From Euryarchaeota archaeon UBA226 (GTDB lineage: Archaea > Thermoplasmatota > Poseidoniia > Poseidoniales > Poseidoniaceae), in the NCBI GenBank assembly GCA_002505935.1, contig DAWL01000147.1, positions 6,393-39,107 of the forward strand: a stretch of 32,715 nt of DNA, given 5' to 3'. Under the pieces are notes generated by a model that was given only the letters and a program-made list of their open reading frames with translations, did not search any database and was not told the DNA's origin. Positions 1-8,779 of the stretch are shown in pieces. The position numbers and the translations under genes were made by a program. The first letter of the stretch is position 1. The number at the start of each line of letters is the position of its first letter.

Positions 1-3000
1 CTGGCTCAGATTCTGGTTCTGGAACAGCCTCTGGCATCGGTTCAGCCTCATTCTCTGCGGCCTGAACAACTTCTTCAGAACCAGATTGCATCTTGACGAT
101 ATACTTGACAAAGTGATTGAGAGTAGGATGTTCTGCTAAACTGAATGACTCATCTACTGGAAGTGAGAACCGCTCTCTGATGTCACCCATCATTTCCGCT
201 TGTTTCACAGTGTCAATTCCCAATTCACCCTCTAGATCCTGATCTAACTCGATGAAATCCTCAGGATAACCGGTATGTTCCACAACCACCTCTAGGACAA
301 CTGCTTCGATTTCGCTTCGATCCACCTCTACAGAAGCGGCACTCTTCGCGGGTTCTACCTGTTCCTCAGTTTCTGGTTCTGGCTCCTTTGCTGTTTCTGA
401 AACAGGTTCTTCCTCTACCTTGTCATCAATCCCTGATTCCACAGGAGCAGATGCCATACTGGAACCTGACATTTTGAGAATGTAATCGATCATGTGATTC
501 AAGGTAGGGTGCTCAGCGAGGATAAACGATTCATCTACTGGTAAAGAGAACTTTTCGCGAATATCTCCCATGATTTCGGCCTGCTTGACTGTATCAATGC
601 CCAATTCACCTTCCAGATCTTGATCTAATTCGATGAAATCTGCAGGGTATCCGGTGTGTTCCACTACAACCTCGACAACCGTAGTTGAAACCGAATCCTT
701 GTCAACACTCGAGACCGACTCTACTGTAGACGGTGGTGAATCTTCCTTAGGTACCGGTTCAGGCTCTGCTTCTACGGCAGGTTCCGGAACGGTTTCGGCT
801 TCTTTGCTCATATCTTCTCCAGGTTTCCAATCCTCGCCCTGTACGCCGCCATGTAGATTGTCTTCCCCATCAAGATATGCAACCAATTTACCATCCAAGA
901 CCTTCAATTGTAAGTTGTCTGTTCCTGCAAGTTTCTGATTCCATCGCATCAATCTATCCATGTCGATTCTATCGCCCTGAACTTCACATGAGCGCATGAA
1001 TGTGATTGCGACCTGGCTACCGAAACCTGCAGCAAATCGCAATCCATACCTCATATTTTCATGATATCCTCCCTTGCTCAGATTGAGATCTCCTAATTCA
1101 GGATCTACCTCCTTGTGATTTGCAATAGGAGGGGCGCGTCCGGTATGTAGGGCGTGAACCATCGAAGCATCTTCGATTCCCGCCCCCATAGGATGCCCTG
1201 TGAATCCCTTTGTATTGGAAATGACCAACGAATCGGTATCTTTGCCGAAGGTCTCTCGCAAGGCCCTTACTTCTGCTTGAGCAGAACCTCCTCTCGCTGG
1301 AGTGTAGGTCTCATGACTGTAGAAGAAAGTCTCAGATGCGATCTCCTTACGATTAACTCCCCATCTATCTTCCATCTGGGACACGAAACGATCAACCTCT
1401 GCAGCAACATGCTCAACATCCAATCTGGTCCCATGATAAGATGAATTGGCGATATGCGCTCCAAGCAATTCCGCATACGGCTGAACTCCCCTCTGTGTGG
1501 CTTCGCTCTTGCGCTCAATGACAAATGCGGCTGCGCCCATACCAAGAATCAGTCCATTTCTACGGGCATCGAAAGGAAGAGCCGCTTCCTCGATGACATT
1601 GCTTGTGGATGCGGCCCCACTGGCTGCGAAACCTGAACCAATCCACTCCCAAAGATCTGGGCCAGTGACGTTATCAGCGCTGATTATTACTACTCTATCA
1701 CAACGGCCAGTAGTCAACCAATCCTCGGCTAAAGTGAATGACGCTGCAGTAGAAGCACACGCTAAATTGATGGTGCTGTTAGGGCCTCTAATTCCCGTAT
1801 ATTGTGCGAATTGGGAATGTCCCATATTCAGTATCTGAAAAAGATATGACCTGTCGAAACGTCCCTCTTCATCAGACCCGTTGTGGGCACTATGTTTGAC
1901 GGTTTTAGCGGAACCGGGGAAACAACTGGAGAAGATAACCCCTGTGCGGTCGCGATATATCTGAGGTATCTGCCAATTAGTTATGAGACGCAAACCTCCC
2001 TTGCCAATCTTCTCCTCTGGAGTCAATGGTATTCCAGCATCGCGTAAAGCAATGAGTCCTGCTGCCACTGCTAATTGAGTAGAAGTATCCCAAGAACGGG
2101 CAATCTTTGCATCAACTCCGAATTCTTCGGTTATGTCGAAGTCTCCTGCCAAACCTGCTAGTTGTGGAATATCACCGAATTCCTCAGCAGCCTCCATCCT
2201 CGCTTGTCCATCTCTGCCTTTGATTAGGCGTACGATGTTCTTGTCGAGAATTTTCTGCTTGTAATCATCCGGCACTTCGCTGATACAAGTTTCTCCACGT
2301 ACTAATTTCTCGAAATTATCATCATCGAATACCTTGCCTTTACCTGGCAACCCAAGACTGACTCCAGTCACGACAAATGGGTCGTCTCTGCGACTCTGCA
2401 ACGGGTCTGTCGAGACTACTTTCTCAACGACCTTCTCTACCACCTTATGAACGACTTGTCCTTGCGGAGCAATCGCTTGGTTAGGAGAGGATTTAGGGCG
2501 CTTACTGGATGTAGCCGCACGGAAATTCTCCGGCACTCCTTCTACCCAATCGCATATTTGCGCAGCTGTCTTGATTTCAGAAGTATCAAAGTCAGCAGCA
2601 ACTCTACCTTGTTTCTCAAGGGAATTGAATACAGATTGAACTACTTCATCACTCAATCCTAAACCGCTGCGAAGATCTACATTTCCACGACACATAGTGG
2701 CGGGATATCCACTAACTCCAGCAAGAATACTTGCTATCCACTCAATCTCGAGTTCTAATTCATCCATTCCAGAATCCTCGGCAAGTACCTCCACATCTGT
2801 CGTGGCTACTGGTTGGGGGGCTTCTGGTACAACCTGTTCTACAGATTCAGGTAAAGCCACAGGCATTTCCTCAGTTTCTTCTTGCCAAGCCTCGATTGGC
2901 CCTGCTCTGAACCCTTCAGTAAGCAATGGAGAATCTGAACGCGGCCAGCGATATGGGCGTCCTGCAACCGCCATCTCGGCTAGAGCATTGAACAGAGACG

Positions 3001-5947
3001 GAATTCCACCAAACTTCGGATGGTTAGTCATCATTGAGATGTGAGGTCGCTTCTCTAGAATCTGTGAAGCAAACACAGTCAATGCACGCTTCGGACCTAC
3101 CTCAACAAATAGGCGAGCACCTGATGCATACATGGTCTCAATCTGTTTTGTCCATTCCACTGCACTAGCCATCTGCGGAGCCAATTTGTCCAAAACTTGC
3201 TGCTTTGCGGTTCTCTGAGAATCTCTACTCATCGGATAGAAGCCGCCATCCACATTCGAGGTTATTGGAATCTCAGGCAAATTGATTTCAAGTCCTTCAA
3301 GGAATCTTCGCAAAGGTTCCGCTGCCGGCTCAACAATAGTTGAGTGGAAAGCGTGGCTGGTCTGCAAGGTGACACAATTGATGTCTAGTCCCTCGAACCT
3401 TCGTATCGCTTCCTTGACTGAAGGAGTATCTCCAGCAATAACAGTCATCTTTGGTGAATTCTTGTTGGCTGCAATGACATACCCATCAATTGATGCTAGA
3501 ACGTCCTTAATCACATTGTAATCAGCGGTCACGGAAGCCATCAGCCCCTTGTCGAAGATCTCAACAGAACCCATCTCAGTTCCTCGAGCTGCTGCTGCTC
3601 GCAAAGCCCCGTCCATTCCAAGAATTCCTGAAACCATCAATGCGGCATATTCTCCCAAACTGTGTCCTGCCACCATGTCAGGTCTTCGTCCATGGTCTGC
3701 AAGAATCTGGTTGATTGCTAAATCGGCAGTCAACATAGCTGGTTGAGTATACTCTGTCTGCTTGAGTTTCTCTTCGGCTTCAGCGCGCTCTTCTTCATTC
3801 AATCCACTACGCAACACGAAACTGGAAAGAGTCTCTCCATCGAGAATATCCACCATGGTCTTGTCAGCCTGGTTCCAAACATTTGCCACACCAGAGAATC
3901 GCTTACTCAAATCCAACGTCATTCCAACGTATTGACTACCCTGACCAGGGAACATATGCGCAACCTTGGCATTGCTTGGCAATGGCGCCTCGTCGGTAAT
4001 CAGAATTCCTTGCGACTTGAGGAAACTCCACTTGTCCCTTCCTTCCATGGTCTTCAAAGCCAAAGCGCTGCGCTTGTCAAACTCAGCCCATGATGTAGCG
4101 ATTATCGCAATCCTACAGCCAACACAAGTGAAACCTTCGCTGGCAGCGGCTAATTCCTTGGATAACCGCCTTCCCAATGGATCTTCATCAAATGTTTTTC
4201 CAGATGAAAGCAATTGCTCTCTGGCTTGAGTCAATTCCTCCTTCAAACTCTCTACATCATCAGATTCAAGCAACAATATTCCGCCTTCAATCTCCTTGAG
4301 TTCCTCCCATGTCATACTGGGAGAGGCCTTGGCATCGAGGATACTTTCGGCACTTTCCTTAGCCACCTTGGCCTTGGCAACAATACCTCCGGCTGCTACT
4401 TTCTCTGCAACTACGGGAGTTGTAGATACGGGCTGCGGTCCAGCTAGGAAAGTAGCCCATCTACTCCTCCATTCGATCGCAATCTTGTGATGGAATCGCT
4501 TGTCAAACTCCTCCATAACTACGTGCCAATTGGTCCCCCCAAAACCGAAGGCAGAAACGGCAGCTCTACGCGGTCTATCCTTTGGACGTGGCCACTCTCT
4601 AGCATATGTTGGGACATAGAATGGAATGGAATCCCAATCTACGGTTGGATTCGGAGTTTGAAATCCTGCGCTGGGAGGAATAACTCCCTTGCTGACTGCA
4701 CTAATCGTTTTCAACATCCCAGCAATTCCAGCAGCCGCTTTGAGGTGTCCAATCTGGCTTTTGACAGAACCTACTGCAACATTGTCTCCCGCAGGTGATT
4801 CATGCCACAACTTGCGCAAAGTTCCCAACTCCATCGCATCCCCAACCTTTGTTGAGGTCCCATGAGCTTCGACAAGATCCACAGTTGCTGGACTGAAACC
4901 TGCCTGTGCATATGCTCTAGCCAAGGCTTGCATCTGTCCTCTTTGACTAGGCGCGGTTATCCCCTTTCCTCTACCGTCGCTGCTAGCTCCGATTCCCCTG
5001 ATGACTGCATGGATATCATTTCCATCTTCGATGGCATCATCTAGACGTTTGAGGACCAATACTCCTGCACCTTCACCCATTACGAATCCATCTGCGCGGG
5101 CATCAAAAGGAGTGGAATGTGTAGGTGAAAGAGCACCGATAGCACTGAACTTAGCATAAGTTGCAGGATCCATAGTGCGATCGCTGGCACCAGCCAACAT
5201 CAGATCGACCTGACGAGCCTGTAGCATTCTGCAGGCATCAAGAACCGCAGACATTGTTGAGGCACAAGCAGCATCGGTAGAATGGTTAGGCCCCTGAAGA
5301 TCTAGCAAGTTAGCAACTCTGCCAGCCATAACATTGGCGAGTTCACCAGGCATAGCATCCTCATCAATCTCCGGTTTGCCTTCACTGATAGCCTGCTTCA
5401 GAGCATCCCTGCCGGACTCAGGCATTCCTCCCGCCTCAACTGCCTGACGAGTGAACTGATCTGCCCATACTCGATGGTTGGAGAGATTCCTGAATTCTCC
5501 TCCAAGAGCATTTGCCATGACAACTCCTGTGGATGCATTTGGAATCGAAAAGCGCGAGTCATCTCCAAGATAGCCGGCATGCTCCAAAGCTGCTGCTGAT
5601 GCAGTTACTGCCCATTGTTGACAAATGTCAATCTGCCCAAGAGTTCCAGGGGGCACCTTCCAGCGACGCCAATCGAAATCATATCCCTCAACGAATGCCC
5701 CAATCTTGGCGTAAGTTTTGGCATACTCCACTTGACCGGGCGAACCAGGGGCCCAGAAATCATCGATACTCCATCGATTAGATGGCACCTCCTTGATTGA
5801 AACATGTGCATTAACGATATTATTCCAGAATTTGGCGATATCTTCAGCATCGGGCATGATACAGCCCATACCTACGACTGCAATCGGTTCAAAGGGACCT
5901 TGTGCAGTTCCTTCTAATTCAGCAATACTGATTTCTTTAGCAGACAT
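1..5947 (-). CDS. Type I PKS/FAS-like megasynthase, C-terminus cut by the window edge (at least 1982 aa). Domain order: KS, AT, degenerate carrier-like, KS, two or more tandem carrier domains
   Basis: The ORF is absent from the supplied track because it runs off the left edge. Hand translation of the minus strand from ATG 5947..5945 (MSAKEISIAELEGTAQGPFEPIAVVGMGCIMPDA...) met no stop down to base 1. Motif anchors all fall in one frame. KS1: DAACAS, Cys codon 228 (5264-5266), EAHGTSTKVGD, SVKSQIGHLKAAAG. AT: FPGQGSQ, GHSLGEY (codons 761-767, 3647-3667), SHAFHS. KS2: INLACAST, Cys codon 1397 (1757-1759), SHETYTP, NTKGFTGHPMG. Carrier motif LEGELGIDTVKQAE occurs twice (codons about 1786 and 1913). 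An SD-like GAGGGG overlaps the fabI stop 6 nt upstream of the ATG. Confidence 0.85.
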   Translation of the reverse strand, partial: MSAKEISIAELEGTAQGPFEPIAVVGMGCIMPDAEDIAKFWNNIVNAHVSIKEVPSNRWSIDDFWAPGSPGQVEYAKTYAKIGAFVEGYDFDWRRWKVPPGTLGQIDICQQWAVTASAAALEHAGYLGDDSRFSIPNASTGVVMANALGGEFRNLSNHRVWADQFTRQAVEAGGMPESGRDALKQAISEGKPEIDEDAMPGELANVMAGRVANLLDLQGPNHSTDAACASTMSAVLDACRMLQARQVDLMLAGASDRTMDPATYAKFSAIGALSPTHSTPFDARADGFVMGEGAGVLVLKRLDDAIEDGNDIHAVIRGIGASSDGRGKGITAPSQRGQMQALARAYAQAGFSPATVDLVEAHGTSTKVGDAMELGTLRKLWHESPAGDNVAVGSVKSQIGHLKAAAGIAGMLKTISAVSKGVIPPSAGFQTPNPTVDWDSIPFYVPTYAREWPRPKDRPRRAAVSAFGFGGTNWHVVMEEFDKRFHHKIAIEWRSRWATFLAGPQPVSTTPVVAEKVAAGGIVAKAKVAKESAESILDAKASPSMTWEELKEIEGGILLLESDDVESLKEELTQAREQLLSSGKTFDEDPLGRRLSKELAAASEGFTCVGCRIAIIATSWAEFDKRSALALKTMEGRDKWSFLKSQGILITDEAPLPSNAKVAHMFPGQGSQYVGMTLDLSKRFSGVANVWNQADKTMVDILDGETLSSFVLRSGLNEEERAEAEEKLKQTEYTQPAMLTADLAINQILADHGRRPDMVAGHSLGEYAALMVSGILGMDGALRAAAARGTEMGSVEIFDKGLMASVTADYNVIKDVLASIDGYVIAANKNSPKMTVIAGDTPSVKEAIRRFEGLDINCVTLQTSHAFHSTIVEPAAEPLRRFLEGLEINLPEIPITSNVDGGFYPMSRDSQRTAKQQVLDKLAPQMASAVEWTKQIETMYASGARLFVEVGPKRALTVFASQILEKRPHISMMTNHPKFGGIPSLFNALAEMAVAGRPYRWPRSDSPLLTEGFRAGPIEAWQEETEEMPVALPESVEQVVPEAPQPVATTDVEVLAEDSGMDELELEIEWIASILAGVSGYPATMCRGNVDLRSGLGLSDEVVQSVFNSLEKQGRVAADFDTSEIKTAAQICDWVEGVPENFRAATSSKRPKSSPNQAIAPQGQVVHKVVEKVVEKVVSTDPLQSRRDDPFVVTGVSLGLPGKGKVFDDDNFEKLVRGETCISEVPDDYKQKILDKNIVRLIKGRDGQARMEAAEEFGDIPQLAGLAGDFDITEEFGVDAKIARSWDTSTQLAVAAGLIALRDAGIPLTPEEKIGKGGLRLITNWQIPQIYRDRTGVIFSSCFPGSAKTVKHSAHNGSDEEGRFDRSYLFQILNMGHSQFAQYTGIRGPNSTINLACASTAASFTLAEDWLTTGRCDRVVIISADNVTGPDLWEWIGSGFAASGAASTSNVIEEAALPFDARRNGLILGMGAAAFVIERKSEATQRGVQPYAELLGAHIANSSYHGTRLDVEHVAAEVDRFVSQMEDRWGVNRKEIASETFFYSHETYTPARGGSAQAEVRALRETFGKDTDSLVISNTKGFTGHPMGAGIEDASMVHALHTGRAPPIANHKEVDPELGDLNLSKGGYHENMRYGLRFAAGFGSQVAITFMRSCEVQGDRIDMDRLMRWNQKLAGTDNLQLKVLDGKLVAYLDGEDNLHGGVQGEDWKPGEDMSKEAETVPEPAVEAEPEPVPKEDSPPSTVESVSSVDKDSVSTTVVEVVVEHTGYPADFIELDQDLEGELGIDTVKQAEIMGDIREKFSLPVDESFILAEHPTLNHMIDYILKMSGSSMASAPVESGIDDKVEEEPVSETAKEPEPETEEQVEPAKSAASVEVDRSEIEAVVLEVVVEHTGYPEDFIELDQDLEGELGIDTVKQAEMMGDIRERFSLPVDESFSLAEHPTLNHFVKYIVKMQSGSEEVVQAAENEAEPMPEAVPEPESEP
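95..697 (-). repeat. Tandem duplication of carrier (ACP-like) domains, period 381 nt (127 codons)
   Basis: Copy 1 is about 476..697 and copy 2 about 95..316. Both encode VVEHTGYP(A/E)DFIELDQDLEGELGIDTVKQAE(I/M)MGDIRE(K/R)FSLPVDESF.LAEHPTLNH. They are separated by Glu/Pro/Ala-rich linkers. More copies may lie beyond base 1. Confidence 0.8.
990..2383 (-). other. Ketosynthase domain 2 of the megasynthase (approximate borders)
   Basis: DPFVVTGVSLGLPG start, INLACASTAASF active-site Cys, FDARRNGLILGMGAAAFVIE, YSHETYTPARGG and SNTKGFTGHPMGAG. The active-site Cys is retained, so this is not a CLF-type domain. Confidence 0.75.
2543..2764 (-). other. Degenerate carrier-protein-like segment between AT and KS2
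   Basis: The sequence DELELEIEWIASILAGVSGYPATMCRGNVDLRSGLGLSDEVVQSVFNSLEKQ has the helix pattern of a PP-binding domain. Its motif reads GLGLSDEV instead of DLGxDS, so the Asp-Ser dipeptide is transposed or lost. Confidence 0.4.
3053..3970 (-). other. Acyltransferase (malonyl-CoA:ACP transacylase-like) domain (approximate borders)
   Basis: AHMFPGQGSQYVGM, MVAGHSLGEYAALM and TSHAFHST motifs appear in the expected order and spacing. Confidence 0.8.
4583..5899 (-). other. Ketosynthase domain 1 of the megasynthase (approximate borders)
   Basis: The Cys-His-His triad motifs DAACAS / EAHGTST / GHLKAAAG are present, and the domain ends with FGFGGTNWHVVMEE. Confidence 0.8.
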
Positions 5948-5956
5948 GTTGACCCC

Positions 5957-6746
5957 TCACATTATGCTCTCCGGCACCATGGTAGCAGAATATCCAGCAT
6001 CGACATGAATAACCTGCCCAGTAACTCCTGCAGAAAGATCTGAGGCCAACCATGCGGCACAACCTGCTACATCCTCCTGCGTTACGTTGCGACGTAGTGG
6101 TGAATTTGCTTCGACATGATCCAGTATCCGGTCAAATCCTGGAATCCCTCCCGCCGCGATAGTTTTGATTGGCCCACTGGAAATTGCATTGACGCGATGC
6201 CCCTCAGGGCCTAGATGACACGCCAACTCTCTAGTCCAACACTCTAGACCTGCCTTGGCAATACTCATGATTCCATAAGAAGGCACAAAGCGCGTGCTAG
6301 CAGCATAGGTCAAGGTTATCGTAGATGAAGAATTATTCAGATAGGGCAAAGCGTGCCTTAGGCAGCGTTGTAGGCTGTGTGCTGAGACAGTCATTGCGGT
6401 ATCAAGGGCAGAACCCTCAACGAACAATACTGGACGATCAAAACATTCCCTAGGAGCAAATCCGATGGCATGAACAAGAATATCTGCTTTGAGCCCGGGG
6501 TTCTCTTGGCTGAAAGAAGAGAAGAATTCAGCCGTGGTTTCATCAGATGCAACATCTAGAGGGTAGAATCCAGCAATTGCATCCAACTCATCCTTCAATT
6601 TGAAAACGCGGCTCATGAATCTCTTTTGGTAACCTAGATAGAGAGATACTCCTGCTTCGGCTAATCGCTTGCAGATACCCCACGCGATACTCTCTTCGCT
6701 TGCCACACCAAATACGAAAGCAACCTTTCCTTGTAATCCCAGCATG
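5957..6746 (-). CDS. fabI: Enoyl-[acyl-carrier-protein] reductase, FabI-type SDR
   Basis: The N-terminus MLGLQGKVAFVFGVASEESIAWGI matches the FabI pattern M..L.GK..LV.GVA...SIA.GI, and the length and Rossmann layout are typical. The track start is a GTG at 6751, but the ATG at 6746 gives the canonical N-terminus and sits 5 nt after an AGGTG. The stop lies 9 nt upstream of the megasynthase ATG. Confidence 0.85.
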
Positions 6747-6750
6747 TTCA

Positions 6751-6771
6751 CACCTACCCTATGGGTAGGTG
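6751..6771 (-). promoter_or_regulatory. Perfect 9-bp inverted repeat (CACCTACCC ata GGGTAGGTG) whose 3' arm contains the fabI SD
   Basis: Read directly from the sequence. On the minus strand the order is hairpin, then TGAAC, then ATG (6746..6744). It could act as an RNA hairpin that sequesters AGGUG, or as a palindromic operator. Confidence 0.45.
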
Positions 6772-6857
6772 TTGCTCACCACACTCCGTCTTTGACTCTT
6801 GGGGTAGCAAGAGTACTGCAATACAGCGTTTCGCGCGCTTTCCACAGGAAATAAAGG

Positions 6858-6870
6858 TGTAAAAAAACAA
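6858..6870 (-). terminator. Oligo-T terminator after the 333-aa surface protein gene
   Basis: The minus strand reads TAG TTGTTTTTTTACACC immediately after the stop at 6871..6873. T-runs are the established archaeal termination signal. Confidence 0.55.
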
Positions 6871-7872
6871 CTAGAGTTCAAAATCAAAATCTTCGTCATC
6901 CCATGCATCCACGCCACCGCCACCTCTACTGCGTGAAATCCTGACCATGACGATTAGAACAATCAATAGAAGTAGCAATCCTCCACCAGCATACATCAGA
7001 ACTTGTAGATCCTCCTCGCTCAAATCTTCTGTCAAACTACTGAAACCACCTTCTGAAGGAACTTCGACTGAAACCCTGACACTTTGGTCCGGCGAGATAT
7101 ACTCCAAATCTGAGGTCTTCTTGGCTCTAGCATACATCTTGATGACCACCTCTTCAGATTTCTCATAATCACTGGAAACGGTGCACTGCATAGCAGTTTG
7201 GTCAACATATCCATTCAGTTCAAGGTCTCTGATAGTGGGTTCGGATTTACAATCTATTCCCTTAGCTAATATCTCATCATTATTGCTGATGAAGAAATCA
7301 ACGTCTACAGGAGTATTTCCCGTATTCCTGACCTTGGCTGAAATGTTGAATGACTCATCTGGAGCGCTTTTCAGTGTGAATGCGGTGGCTGAATACTCCA
7401 ACTCGGTGAAAGCCAGAATCGAAACTGTTAGACTGTGAGTTTGGGTACTCTGTACCTGTTGATTCAATGGAACCATGCCAATCTTCTCTACTGTGGCGTC
7501 CAAATCAACCGAAAAATCTGCAGATTCAGAACGGATGGCAGCCTCAAAGGTCAATGAAACCTGTTCTGTACTGCTGGCTGCAACCACTACTTGGCTATCA
7601 GAAAGCGAAGCATCGACATCGTTTCCTGAAATGTTCAAAGAAAGCGCAACCGTCTTCTCATACATTGCCCCATTCTCTATGCTACAGACCACCGACTCGC
7701 TACCGCCAGAACCTGGACTGACATCCAATTCCACCTGATTTGATTCACAAGTCAAAGTCACATCGACCTCTAATTGTGCCTGTACATCTTGACTGTACAA
7801 CTGTATTGCTAGTAGACATGCAAGTCCCAGCAATAAGGCGCGCTGAACGGTTCGCACAATGTTGCCTGACAC
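6871..7872 (-). CDS. Secreted, C-terminally membrane-anchored surface protein (CARDB-like beta-sandwich segment)
   Basis: Hydrophobic signal-like N-terminus (ALLLGLACLLAIQLYS). FNISAKVRNTGNTPVDVDF resembles CARDB-type domains. C-terminal TM segment GGGLLLLLIVLIVMV, followed by RSRSRGGGG and an acidic tail DAWDDEDFDFEL. The start appears to be GTG. Confidence 0.65.
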   Translation of the reverse strand: MSGNIVRTVQRALLLGLACLLAIQLYSQDVQAQLEVDVTLTCESNQVELDVSPGSGGSESVVCSIENGAMYEKTVALSLNISGNDVDASLSDSQVVVAASSTEQVSLTFEAAIRSESADFSVDLDATVEKIGMVPLNQQVQSTQTHSLTVSILAFTELEYSATAFTLKSAPDESFNISAKVRNTGNTPVDVDFFISNNDEILAKGIDCKSEPTIRDLELNGYVDQTAMQCTVSSDYEKSEEVVIKMYARAKKTSDLEYISPDQSVRVSVEVPSEGGFSSLTEDLSEEDLQVLMYAGGGLLLLLIVLIVMVRISRSRGGGGVDAWDDEDFDFEL

Positions 7873-7908
7873 GTCCCCATGATATGCTTGTCGACTACTA
7901 GTTGAGCC

Positions 7909-8775
7909 TTAATCCACTTCTCCATAGAGACTTTCCGGCAGGTCTTGGTGAGTGCGCCATAGGCTTTCTTCGTCTAATCCAGCAGCAACAAGTGCCTGCG
8001 TACGGCGAGGGACGGTTTTGGGACCTAGAACCGCACCTGGCCTCCGTGGATCATCCATGTAATCTGTTTCCATAAGGAAACCATCCTTGCATCTAGAGAC
8101 GGTATTCATGACTTCCTCAACACTACCTTTGCCCACCACTACAGAAGGTATCAGCCCGGATGTTGTTTGTTCATCTACTTGAGGCGGGGCATGATGTCTT
8201 ACCAATCGCTTGCATGAAAGCCCACTTCGTTCAGCAATTAGAGCAAGATCAGAGTAAGTGGAAGCTCCTTCACCCTCGACGTGTAACTGAAGAGTCAAAT
8301 CCTCCTGAGATGCCCTCTTCATAGTCCAAGAAAGCAATTCATTGGCTTCTTGCCAAACCTCTTCCTCAACTTTCCAATGTGGTCTGCCAACCTCGCCTAC
8401 AGCGCAAGATTTGCCCTCAGCACAATATTCGATTGCTAATTCAACAGCATCCTTGTACAATTCTCCAGCGACTTCACTACCCAATGCCTGCCGCTGATGT
8501 GCCCAGCTTGCTGGATGTGGACCCAAAATAACTCTGACCGAGAGGCCGAGATTGGACTTCACTTCCTCTGCCATTGAAACTGTGCCATCGTATGCAATAC
8601 GCCATTCATCTACCGAAAGAGGGAGGTCCATGAAATCCGGTTTGTGTACCAAAACAAGGTCAGTGCCGCCTACTCTTTTGAAATCCTCTGCAGCACTGAG
8701 GAACCGATGCCCACGATCAAGATGGAAATGATTGTCTAGGATTGGGCCTGTCCAGCGGCCATTCTCGATAGCCAT
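7909..8775 (-). CDS. TatD-like metal-dependent hydrolase (amidohydrolase superfamily)
   Basis: ILDNHFHLD near the N-terminus is the HxH metal motif of the TatD family, and later His and Asp/Glu positions (LHVEGEG, VRHHAP, METDY) agree. The preferred ATG at 8775 lies 4 nt after the upstream stop; the track start at 8799 would overlap the upstream gene. Confidence 0.6.
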   Translation of the reverse strand: MAIENGRWTGPILDNHFHLDRGHRFLSAAEDFKRVGGTDLVLVHKPDFMDLPLSVDEWRIAYDGTVSMAEEVKSNLGLSVRVILGPHPASWAHQRQALGSEVAGELYKDAVELAIEYCAEGKSCAVGEVGRPHWKVEEEVWQEANELLSWTMKRASQEDLTLQLHVEGEGASTYSDLALIAERSGLSCKRLVRHHAPPQVDEQTTSGLIPSVVVGKGSVEEVMNTVSRCKDGFLMETDYMDDPRRPGAVLGPKTVPRRTQALVAAGLDEESLWRTHQDLPESLYGEVD

Positions 8776-8779
8776 GTCA

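Noticed and set aside
633-5850. About 25 plus-strand ORFs of 60-116 aa, plus three short minus-strand ORFs, listed in the track across the left 6 kb.
   Set aside because: All lie antisense to, or out of frame with, the single megasynthase frame that carries every KS, AT and carrier motif. Their translations are low-complexity Ser/Pro/Leu-rich strings typical of antisense frames.
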